DNA of 64,000 nucleotides from Deltaproteobacteria bacterium (GTDB lineage Bacteria; Myxococcota_A; UBA9160; SMWR01): NCBI GenBank assembly GCA_032128115.1, contig JAQBHB010000031.1, positions 99,113 to 163,112 of the forward strand, read 5' to 3'. Shown piece by piece: positions 50,837 to 59,567 of this stretch (position 1 is its first letter; each line of letters starts with the position of its first letter). The notes under the pieces were generated by a model. It saw only the letters and a program-made list of their open reading frames with translations, ran no database searches and was not told where the DNA came from. The position numbers and the translations under genes were made by a program.

Positions 50837-52161
50837 TGAAAGTCCGGCGATGCCAGCTCGAGCGCCTGGCTTTCCCACACGCGCATCCCGATGCTGGAGA
50901 CCGTCGACCCCTCGGGCCGCGCGCCTCCCAGACGGGTGCCGCGGATGCGCCCGGCCGCCAGCGCGAAGGCCAGGCTCATGCGCTCGAGCAGGGAGCCGGG
51001 ATCGATCCAGTGCTCGGCCTCCTCGGGATGACCCGCCGGCGTGGTGGCGTAGAAAGGCACCTCGCCCAGCTTCCAGAGGGCCAGCAGGAAGATCTTCCCG
51101 CCGTCGGTCTCGCCCCCGGTGGCGCGCAGGGCGCTGGACGCGAAACGCAACGGTGTCTTCAGCTTGCGATGGTCCGGATCGGCGAGCTCGGGCGACAACA
51201 ACACCACCTTCAGCGACTCGTCGATGCGCCCGTCGGTATCCCGATAGCGACGGGCCACCCGCTCTACCAGCGCCGGCGGCGGGGTGTCGGCCACGAACCG
51301 GGCGACCAGCTTGCGGGCCAGGTGGTTGGCCGTGGCGGGGTGGCGAGCCAGGCGCCGCAGCAGCGCCTCGCCCTCGTCCATGCCGCCGCCGCGGATGCGT
51401 TGCCCGAGCACGCGCTTGTCGTCGGGATCGTGCATGGATTCGCGGAAGCGGAAGACCGGCTCGCGCCGGCTCTCCAGGGTCCAGCCCGTGAAGACCCGCG
51501 CCACCTGGCGCACATCTTCCTGGCTGTAGCCCCCGTCGACACCCAGCGTGTGCAGCTCGAGAAGCTCGCGCGCGTAGTTCTCATTGATGCCAGCGCGGTC
51601 GCTTCGGCGTTTTCGCCCGAACCGGGGCGCTGTGGAGTTCCAGTTGTCCAGGTAGACGAGCATGGCCGGGCTCCTGGCGACCTCGACCAGCAGGTCCTCG
51701 AACCGCCCGAATCCGTGGGCGTCAAGCACCTCGCGCTGGAAGTGGGGCAGCAGGCCCCCCATCAGGCTCTTGCGGGCGAAGACGCTGAAGTGGTTCGACC
51801 AGAAATCGACCATCACCTCGTGCAGGCCGTGGTCTCCGTGGACCGCTCGCACCACCCGGGCGCCCGCCACCTGGTGGGCGATCTCGCGGCCACGGTTGCG
51901 CATCTCCTGAACGGCTTCCCGGTCGCGCTCGGCTCGGCGCCCGCTCGGCGCCATGCCCTGGAAGGCCTGATCCGGCTCGAGTGCCAGGCTCGGGAAGGCG
52001 GAGAGGCGGGGCGCCAGGCCCGGGTCCCAGGCGCCGCCAGCGGCGAGTTCTCGATCGAGCCAGGCCTCGGCCCCCAGGCGCGCCAGCACGTCGCGATCGC
52101 CCGGACGCGGCCCGAACGTGGCACGCCCGAGGAGCCGCTGGAACCGCAGTCCATCGTCCAT
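50827..52161 (-). CDS. DUF1800 family protein
   Basis: RATFG, FWSNHFSV, PAMLVYLDN, NENYARELLELHTLG. Confidence 0.9.
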   Translation of the reverse strand: MDDGLRFQRLLGRATFGPRPGDRDVLARLGAEAWLDRELAAGGAWDPGLAPRLSAFPSLALEPDQAFQGMAPSGRRAERDREAVQEMRNRGREIAHQVAGARVVRAVHGDHGLHEVMVDFWSNHFSVFARKSLMGGLLPHFQREVLDAHGFGRFEDLLVEVARSPAMLVYLDNWNSTAPRFGRKRRSDRAGINENYARELLELHTLGVDGGYSQEDVRQVARVFTGWTLESRREPVFRFRESMHDPDDKRVLGQRIRGGGMDEGEALLRRLARHPATANHLARKLVARFVADTPPPALVERVARRYRDTDGRIDESLKVVLLSPELADPDHRKLKTPLRFASSALRATGGETDGGKIFLLALWKLGEVPFYATTPAGHPEEAEHWIDPGSLLERMSLAFALAAGRIRGTRLGGARPEGSTVSSIGMRVWESQALELASPDFQWT

Positions 52162-52231
52162 GCCGGGTTAAACCCAACGAAAGTCGATCGGTTGCGAACC
52201 CCTGATTTCGGGGCTGGCGTATCATGCGGCC

Positions 52232-52900
52232 ATGACGCCTGGCGAGCTGCTGCGCCTGGCGCGGGCCACGGCTCGCGTGCTGGCCGACTCGGAACAGACG
52301 GCCGAGATCCACGTGGCCGAGGAACTCACCGGCCGACATCTCTACCCCCGCATCCGCGCCACCCAGTTCGCGTCCCAGGAGGCCAGTGAGCTGCTTCGGG
52401 ACCAACCCGAGCTGCGCTCCGATCAGGTGGATTACGACGCCCTGCGGAGGCTGCCGGAAAAGACCCTGGGATACGGCTACGTGAGCCACCTGGATCGGAA
52501 CGGCCTCTCCGCCGACTACCAGGCGGCGCCCACCTCGTTCGTGGACGACCCGGAGATTGCGTACCTGATGCGCCGTTTCCGCCAGACCCACGACGTGTGG
52601 CACGTCCTGGCGGGTCTGGAAACTGCCGGCCACGAAGAGGTGATCCTCCACGCCTTCAGCTGGGGCCAGCTACGCTTGCCGGTGTCGGCTCTGGTGGTGA
52701 TCTTCGGAAGCCTGAAGCACCTGGTGCTGGAAGCGCGTTGGGGCGCCCTGCGCCACGCACTCAAGGAGGCCTATCTCCACGGCCGAGACGCACGGCCCCT
52801 GTTGCCCTGTTACTGGGAGCGCTACTGGGACGAGTCCCTGGATCGGGTGAGAACACGATTCGCCGTCGTTCCCTGTACCCGGTCGTACGTGGACGCCTGA
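52232..52900 (+). CDS. Coq4-family protein
   Basis: LPEKTLG, RFRQTHDVWHVLAG..EE motif. Confidence 0.82.
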   Translation: MTPGELLRLARATARVLADSEQTAEIHVAEELTGRHLYPRIRATQFASQEASELLRDQPELRSDQVDYDALRRLPEKTLGYGYVSHLDRNGLSADYQAAPTSFVDDPEIAYLMRRFRQTHDVWHVLAGLETAGHEEVILHAFSWGQLRLPVSALVVIFGSLKHLVLEARWGALRHALKEAYLHGRDARPLLPCYWERYWDESLDRVRTRFAVVPCTRSYVDA

Positions 52901-52917
52901 GCTCTCCGGCGAGCGCG

Positions 52918-53635
52918 TTACGGGAGCGGAGGCTCGACCGGATCGATCGGATCAACAGGGCCCACGGGGTCCGGCTCCAGGAAGCAGGATCCTTCGAACG
53001 GCTGCAACCCGGTGACTTCCCAGGTCAGCGAGGGGCCGGGGGCGTTCCGCGGTGCACGCGTCGGCCTGCACTGCGTCGGGAAAACCGTCTCCGTTCCAGT
53101 CGAAGATCTCGTGTGATCGATAGCCGCGATCGTCGTCGAGGATGGGATGGCCGGGACTCCCCGCGAAGACGCGGAAGATCGACGCGTGCCAGCTCCCCCA
53201 GCCGATCCCGAGGCGGTCAACCAGCGGTCGCTCGAGAACGCCCGCGTGGTTGAGCTGCACCTGGAAGGGAGACGAGTTGGAATTGGTGCGCACCCGATCG
53301 GGCAGGCCATCACCGTTCATATCCAGGATTTCCCCCAGCTTGAGCAGGTTGTCGTCGGAGCCCTTCAACGACATGATGCACAGGGGTCCCTGTCCCTCGA
53401 AGTCGGAGGCGAGATCGAAGGAGCTTCCGCTGTTCCGGTCGACCGACCATTCGCGGCCGGCGTCCTCGGGCGCGATCACCAGGTCGGGCAGGTGGAGCAC
53501 GAAGTCGTCGGTGTGGCCACCTTCACAGCGGGGAACACCGTGGCGCGTGGACCGCTCGATCCACCCCAGCGGAACGTCCCAGACACCAGGAGCTACGCTG
53601 CAAGACGCACGAAACGCGACATCGAGCCTTGACAA
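52918..53635 (-). pseudogene. Internal fragment of an FG-GAP/SpvB-TcdB-like repeat protein
   Basis: LDMNGDGLPDRV and FDWNGDGFPDAV repeats; no signal peptide or good start; sense lost or shifted near 53040. Confidence 0.55.
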
Positions 53636-53648
53636 AGGTCACTCCATA

Positions 53649-54728
53649 TCAGCCCTGATCCGGATCTCCCTCGGACGCATAGAAACCGGTGCGCAGAGCG
53701 CTGAGCACGTAGTCGGCAGCCACCCGGTTGCCGAGGGCGCTCCAGTGGAAGTCGCAGGGATGGAAGTAGCCCTCGGCGCGACGCATGTCGTTGGCCATGG
53801 CGGATAGCAGGTTCACGATATGCACGTTTCGATCGCTGGCCCATCTGGCCAGCCGGACCGACAGGGGGTCCGGGCCCGGACTCCGAGTGTAGTCTTGGAG
53901 GTCTGCCGCCGTGGGCATCAGGATCAGTGCGATGCGCTTTCCCCGAGCCGCCTCGACGAGCATTCCGAGGATCGTCTCGAGGCGCCGAGCCCCGGCCTCC
54001 GAAAATTCGTAGAAGCGCGAGGGCGCCGGCCCGGCTGAGCGCAGGGCTTGGTTGCGGAGAGCCAGCCGCACCGCGTGAAAAGTATGGGAGTGAAGCCGCA
54101 GCCAGCGTCGCCAGCCGGGCTCGATGTGATCCAGGTGGCTGTAAGGAGCCACGACTCCTACCAGATAGGGTCGGTAACGGTGCTCGTACCAGCTCATCTC
54201 CAGCGCGGTGTCGTAGTCGATATCGAGGAAATCGTTTGCGGGCACGATGCCCACCAGCAGCATCTCGTGGTCGTACTGGCTCGCCAGCTTCTGGTAGAGC
54301 AGGAGTTCCTGGTAGGTCCCAAAGTGGGCCATGGCGAAGTTCAGGTGCTCGATGCCGGTTGCGGTCTCCAGCAGGTTGGACAGGCGCGCCGGCTCCTCGA
54401 CGCCCCAGCCCTCGGTGAAGGAGTCACCCAGCACCACGGCCCGGAAACCCGCCGCCCGGTGTGAGCGCTCGCGGTCGCGCGCTCCCACTGAGTTGATCCG
54501 GTAGGCCACGTCGAAACAGCGACTCGTGTGCCGCGCTTCGAGGTTCGGGGCATGCCACACCCCGAACTCGGGGTGTTGTCCCTGCCAGATGCCCGCCGTC
54601 CCACCGCCCGGGTGCGCCATCTCCAGAATCTCCGCCTCGATCGCGGCCCACAGCCCCAGCTCGAGCCCTAGCACCACCGCGATCCCGACCCCCATCCCCG
54701 CCATCCCCGCCAGCAGTTTCCTCCGCAT
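53649..54728 (-). CDS. SGNH/GDSL-like membrane-anchored protein
   Basis: N-terminal TM; INSVGARD, LGDSFTEG, ND, DFHW. Confidence 0.82.
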   Translation of the reverse strand: MRRKLLAGMAGMGVGIAVVLGLELGLWAAIEAEILEMAHPGGGTAGIWQGQHPEFGVWHAPNLEARHTSRCFDVAYRINSVGARDRERSHRAAGFRAVVLGDSFTEGWGVEEPARLSNLLETATGIEHLNFAMAHFGTYQELLLYQKLASQYDHEMLLVGIVPANDFLDIDYDTALEMSWYEHRYRPYLVGVVAPYSHLDHIEPGWRRWLRLHSHTFHAVRLALRNQALRSAGPAPSRFYEFSEAGARRLETILGMLVEAARGKRIALILMPTAADLQDYTRSPGPDPLSVRLARWASDRNVHIVNLLSAMANDMRRAEGYFHPCDFHWSALGNRVAADYVLSALRTGFYASEGDPDQG

Positions 54729-54925
54729 CCGGACGATCGTACGCGATCTCATGCACACGAGTTGCCTACGGCTGAGGTGTCCGTTTGCCGGTCGCCGAAG
54801 TCGCCCGATGGATCCGGATCTTCGGGCCCGAAGGGCCTCAAGGCGCACCCGTGTTGCGGACGATCAACAAGGGCGCAGTGGAGCCCTGCGACCGCAGATG
54901 CCGCGGTTCGGGAGACAGGATCACG

Positions 54926-57100
54926 GTGAAATCCTTCGCGGTCAAAGGCCTCCTCGAGGGGCCTCACCGACACCTGCCGGCGCTGGCCCTGGTGGCCATG
55001 CTCGCCACCGGCGCGCTCACGATCCTGTCGGCCTCAGATCGGATCTTCCCCATCCTGTCCGACTTCCGCGTCGCCATCTCGCTGGTCTTCTTCCTTTCCA
55101 GCTGGCTCGTGGTGCTCCTCAATTTGAACCGGATCGATCAGCGCCTCGAGCCGCTCGAGCGACGCATCGAGCAGGCGTACCTCGGGGTGAGCCAGGGCGG
55201 CGGCAGCGCCAGGCGCGAAGACGTAGGGAGAGCCGCCCTGCCCGGCTCGCCCTTCGACCTGATGGCCGGAAGGCTCCAGAAGCAACTCCGCTCGCAGGCC
55301 ACCCTGCTCGAGATCGACCGGGTGATCCACTCGGCTCCGGAGAGGGACGACGTCATCGATGGTGTGCTGACCCGGATCCGAGACATCTACGACTGCGATT
55401 CGGCGGCACTCGCGATGTTCGGGGCCACTGGGGCACCCGGGCTTCGCGTCCATGTATCTCACGGCAACGGCAAGGCGAACGAGCGCTTTGAGAGCGACGT
55501 CTTGTATTCCGAAACCATCGACCGCCTCGCCGCCCATCCCGAGCACATGCTGCTCGACCTGCAGGACGGCACGATCCCGTGCCTGGAACCGATGATGCGC
55601 AGCGGCGTCCAACGTTGCCTGGTGCTGCCCCTGGTGGTGAAGGCGCGAGTCGCGGGCTTCCTGGCGCTGGGCCACGCCGATGCGACCCTACACGACCCCG
55701 AATCCGTTTCGCATCTGCGACATCTGGCCGATCAGATCGCCATCGCCATCGGCAACCTGGAGACGGTCCATGAAAACCAGAGGCTCTCGAACTACGACCA
55801 CGTGACGCAGCTCTCCAATCGCAGGTCCTACAGGGAGAACCTGGAAAAATCGCTTCGTCGCGCCAGGTACCGCAACCAGCAGGTGGCTTCTTGTGTGCTC
55901 GGTCTCGACGGCTTCAAGCGCATCAACGACACCTTCGGCCAGGAGGGCGGCGACCTGCTGCTTCGGGAAGTGGCTCGGCGCCTCAAGGAGGCGGTTCGGT
56001 TCAGCGACGCGGTAGCCAGCTCGTCACAGCACGCGGTATCGCGCCTGGGTGGCGACGAATTCACCATCATGCTCTCCGAGATCACCGATGCCCAGGACTC
56101 CGCGCGCGTAGCCAGGCGGATCCTCGACGACGTCGTAAAACCCTTCACCCTGCACGGCCACGAGGTCGTGTGCTCGGGAAGTATGGGTATCGCCGTCTTC
56201 CCTGTAGACGGCGACAATGCCGATGCCCTGATCAAGAGCGCCGACACCGCCATGTACTGCGCCAAGACCCGCGGGCGCAACAACTTCCAATTCTATGCGA
56301 GCTCGATGAATGCCGAGGCATCTCGAAAGCTCCACCTGGAGGCACGCCTGCGCAAGGCCTTCGATCGCGGGGAGTTCGTTCTCTACTACCAGCCGGTGCA
56401 CGCGGCGGAGGGCGAGGCCCTTGTGGCGGCGGAGGCGCTGTTGCGTTGGGACGATCCCGAGATGGGAATCATCGGACCCGATGAGTTCATCCCGGTTGCG
56501 GAAGAGACGGGCCTGATCGTTCCCCTTGGCGAGTGGGTGTTCCGGACCGCGTGCGAGCAGTACCAGACCTGGCAGGCCGAAGGCCATGAGTCGATCCGGA
56601 TCTCGATCAACCTCTCGGCCTACCAGCTGCGAGAGCGATCGGTGATCGAGATGGTGGCCAAGGCACTCCGCGAGACGGAACTCGAGGCCGGGCAGGTCGA
56701 ACTCGAGATCACCGAAACGGCAATCATGCAGGACGACGAAGCGACCACGAAGGCGTTTCACGATATCAACGCCATGGGTGTGGGCCTGGCCCTGGACGAC
56801 TTCGGCACGGGCTACTCGTCACTCAGCTATCTGCGCCGGTTTCCGCTCACGCGACTCAAGATCGACCGCTCCTTCGTGAAGGAGATTCCGTCCAATCAGG
56901 ACGATCGGGCGCTCACCTCGGCCATCATCTCCCTGGCCCACAGCATGCGGCTCGGCGTGGTGGCGGAAGGGGTCGAAACGCGGGAGCAGGCCAACTTCCT
57001 GCGGGAAAAGGGCTGCGATGAGCTTCAGGGCTTTTTGTTCAGCCCCGCCGTACCTGCCGAAAAATTCTCCGGCTTCCTGGCAAAGAAGGGTGTGAAATGA
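54926..57100 (+). CDS. 2TM-GAF-GGDEF-EAL c-di-GMP protein
   Basis: RLGGDEF, AEALLRW, ELEITE, DDFGTGYSSL, EGVE, QGF. Confidence 0.93.
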   Translation: MKSFAVKGLLEGPHRHLPALALVAMLATGALTILSASDRIFPILSDFRVAISLVFFLSSWLVVLLNLNRIDQRLEPLERRIEQAYLGVSQGGGSARREDVGRAALPGSPFDLMAGRLQKQLRSQATLLEIDRVIHSAPERDDVIDGVLTRIRDIYDCDSAALAMFGATGAPGLRVHVSHGNGKANERFESDVLYSETIDRLAAHPEHMLLDLQDGTIPCLEPMMRSGVQRCLVLPLVVKARVAGFLALGHADATLHDPESVSHLRHLADQIAIAIGNLETVHENQRLSNYDHVTQLSNRRSYRENLEKSLRRARYRNQQVASCVLGLDGFKRINDTFGQEGGDLLLREVARRLKEAVRFSDAVASSSQHAVSRLGGDEFTIMLSEITDAQDSARVARRILDDVVKPFTLHGHEVVCSGSMGIAVFPVDGDNADALIKSADTAMYCAKTRGRNNFQFYASSMNAEASRKLHLEARLRKAFDRGEFVLYYQPVHAAEGEALVAAEALLRWDDPEMGIIGPDEFIPVAEETGLIVPLGEWVFRTACEQYQTWQAEGHESIRISINLSAYQLRERSVIEMVAKALRETELEAGQVELEITETAIMQDDEATTKAFHDINAMGVGLALDDFGTGYSSLSYLRRFPLTRLKIDRSFVKEIPSNQDDRALTSAIISLAHSMRLGVVAEGVETREQANFLREKGCDELQGFLFSPAVPAEKFSGFLAKKGVK

Positions 57101-58215
57101 AGGTAATGGGCATCGATCTGGGCACGACCAACACCGTTGCGGCGGTTGGCAGCTTCGCCCTGCCGATCTCCGCCGAAGACTCTCGCACCACGGTACCGTC
57201 GGTGGTCTCGTTCCTGCCCAACGGCAGCACCCAGGTGGGCCTGGCCGCCAAGCGGCGACGCTGCCTCGACGCGCCCAACACCATCTTCTCCGCCAAGCGC
57301 ATCATCGGCCGCCGCTGGAGCGATGCCGAGACCCAGCAGTTCAAGGACGACTATCCCTTCGATCTGGTGGAGAACCAGGACGGAATGCCGGTCTTCGAGA
57401 CGCGCGCCGGCCAGTTTGATCCCGGAGAGATTGCGTCCACGCTGCTCTCGTCGATCTTCGGGCAGGCGCGCCACTTCCCCTCGGGCATCGATGCCACGGT
57501 AGTGACGGTTCCCTCCGGCTTCGGGGACCGCCAGCGCCAGGCGACCCGGGCGGCCGCCGAGGCTGCCGGTCTGCCCCAGGTGACCCTGATCGACGAGCCC
57601 ATGGCCACCGCCTACGCCTACCTGCGCGTCACCAACCCCGTGCGCCGGGCCGGTGTCTATGATCTCGGCGGCGGGACCTTCGATTTCTCCATCGTCGATT
57701 GGGCCTCCGGCGCTCCCAAGATACTGGGGTTCCAGAGCGACATGGCGCTGGGCGGCGACGACATCGACCGTCGCATCGCACGCTGGGCGGCCGAATGCGT
57801 GCTCGAGAAGCACAACTGGGACCTGCGCAACTATGCGGGAATCTGGGGTGCCCTGATCGCTGAGTGCGAGCGAGCCAAGATCCGCCTGTCGTTCTTCGAG
57901 GAGACTGCGATCGACCTGTCCCTGGTGGATCCGGACGGCCCGGCCGGCAGCGAGAAACTCCCGCTCCAGCGCGAGATGCTCGACTCCATCAGCGACGAGG
58001 TGGTGCGCAACACCTTCGTCACCTGCGACCGCGTGTTGGCGGAGGCCAATCTGCGCCCCTCCGATCTGGATGCGATCTTTCTCGCTGGCGGCAGCACCTA
58101 CCTGAACAAGGTGCGCGAAGGCGTCGAGATCTACTTCGACAAGCCCGGCCGCTTCGAGATCGACCCGGCCGAAGTCGTTGCCCTGGGAGCCAGCGAAGCT
58201 CCGCCCGACGCCTGA
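57097..58215 (+). CDS. Hsp70-family protein, nucleotide-binding domain only
   Basis: GIDLGTTNT, TVP, DEPMATAYAY, YDLGGGTFDFS, GGDDID, LAGGS, VALGA then stop. Confidence 0.9.
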   Translation: MKVMGIDLGTTNTVAAVGSFALPISAEDSRTTVPSVVSFLPNGSTQVGLAAKRRRCLDAPNTIFSAKRIIGRRWSDAETQQFKDDYPFDLVENQDGMPVFETRAGQFDPGEIASTLLSSIFGQARHFPSGIDATVVTVPSGFGDRQRQATRAAAEAAGLPQVTLIDEPMATAYAYLRVTNPVRRAGVYDLGGGTFDFSIVDWASGAPKILGFQSDMALGGDDIDRRIARWAAECVLEKHNWDLRNYAGIWGALIAECERAKIRLSFFEETAIDLSLVDPDGPAGSEKLPLQREMLDSISDEVVRNTFVTCDRVLAEANLRPSDLDAIFLAGGSTYLNKVREGVEIYFDKPGRFEIDPAEVVALGASEAPPDA

Positions 58216-59279
58216 GGCCGAGTCGTAGGCAACATCTCTTCCCCCAGCAGGAAGCGGAACAGGGCTCGCCCAGCGATTTCATGAGCGATCTCGTTCGGAT
58301 GCTGATTGGTCGGGTGGACCCACAGTTCCGGGCCCTGATGGCCAGTGAATTCCGGCAGGAGATCCAGGGTCGCGATTCCCCTGCTTCTCGCGAACGACGC
58401 GACGGTTTCATGGATCATCGAAAACGGATAGTTGTCCGAAAGATTCCACAGCACTGGAAAAATCATGAGAACGAGCTGGAATTGGTCTCGCTTCGCAAGC
58501 TCCGCCGCCGATTCAAGTGCCCGTTGCGCTTGGGTCCATCCTCGAGATCCGGATTCGAAATTCTGATTGTATGCCGTCTGTAGCTCCAGGGTTTGACGCC
58601 GCCGCTCCAGCCCCCAGAGGATGCGGTCCAAAAGCACGGAATAGCGACCGAGGCGAGCGACACCATCCCGACTGGAATCGACGTTGAAAAGCGAGTGGGT
58701 CGAACCGCCATCCGTGTCGTTGAGGAAGAAGCAGATCACCACGATGTCGGGCTCGTATCCGACGCCAATTTCACGGAGGAGGACCACTTCGGTCACGGTG
58801 TCGAACATCATGACGCCCAGGTTCAGCACTTCGAAGCGGCCAGTTGGTTCAGTTGGTTCAGTTGGTTGAATGGCCGCCAGGCGTTGTTCGAGATCTCCGA
58901 GGAAGGTGTCCTCGACCCTGACGCCCGTTCCGAACGTGAACGAATCGCCGACGCCCACGATGCGAAACATCCCGGCGGGCTTTCTACGACTCGTTTCCCT
59001 TCCGCGAAACCCGAGCGAGTTGATCGTGTAGGTCAACGTCGAATCCGGATCGAAGTACCCCCGCGGGTTGCTCGGAAAGCTGTGTTTGACTCGCGCACCG
59101 GGCCGCAGGAGATAAGGGAGGCCCGAGTGGTTCGATCGCGTTCGTATGGAGCCCGGGACCGGGGTGAGGTTGCCCCTTGGCGGCGCCCCGTTGAAGACAC
59201 GAAGCGCAAGCTCAGCGACGCCCAGGGAGAAGATCAATGCGGTGGCTGCAAGCAGGAGCTTCTTGCCGAGATCGTTCAA
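58131..59279 (-). CDS. SGNH/GDSL-like membrane-anchored protein
   Basis: TM; INSLGFRG, GDSFTFG, EVLNLG, FLND, QHPN; 3' end overlaps the Hsp70 gene. Confidence 0.82.
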   Translation of the reverse strand: MNDLGKKLLLAATALIFSLGVAELALRVFNGAPPRGNLTPVPGSIRTRSNHSGLPYLLRPGARVKHSFPSNPRGYFDPDSTLTYTINSLGFRGRETSRRKPAGMFRIVGVGDSFTFGTGVRVEDTFLGDLEQRLAAIQPTEPTEPTGRFEVLNLGVMMFDTVTEVVLLREIGVGYEPDIVVICFFLNDTDGGSTHSLFNVDSSRDGVARLGRYSVLLDRILWGLERRRQTLELQTAYNQNFESGSRGWTQAQRALESAAELAKRDQFQLVLMIFPVLWNLSDNYPFSMIHETVASFARSRGIATLDLLPEFTGHQGPELWVHPTNQHPNEIAHEIAGRALFRFLLGEEMLPTTRPQASGGASLAPRATTSAGSISKRPGLSK

Positions 59280-59516
59280 TTCGGTCGGGCCTCAGGGTTG
59301 GTGCCGGAATCCTACCCAAGCCCAATTCAAGCCCAATTGAAACAAGTGGTTGGGCCAGCATCCCCGACCGCTAAGTTTCAAACTGTCCCTATTTGCACCA
59401 TAACAGGGTCGATAAGTCCCAGTCGATTGGTTCCTGCGTGGGGGATTCGGACCCCGATTCTGGCCAATTCGGGCGGCCGCCGCGCCTGCCGGCCCTTCGT
59501 GGCGCCATGGCGCTCA

Positions 59517-59532
59517 TGGCACTTCGCTTGCA
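59517..59532 (+). promoter_or_regulatory. Sigma-54 promoter of the nos operon
   Basis: TGGCACTTCGCTTGCA about 35 bp upstream of the nosZ ATG. Confidence 0.8.
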
Positions 59533-59567
59533 CCGGTGTCCCGATCCCAGACCGGGAGGAGGAATCC

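Noticed and set aside
57097..58215. Housekeeping dnaK
   Set aside because: No substrate-binding domain and no grpE/dnaJ context
58593..59567. N-terminal extension of NosZ suggested by the 1096-aa ORF
   Set aside because: Overlaps the minus-strand SGNH gene and the promoter; the SD and signal peptide indicate a start at 59568
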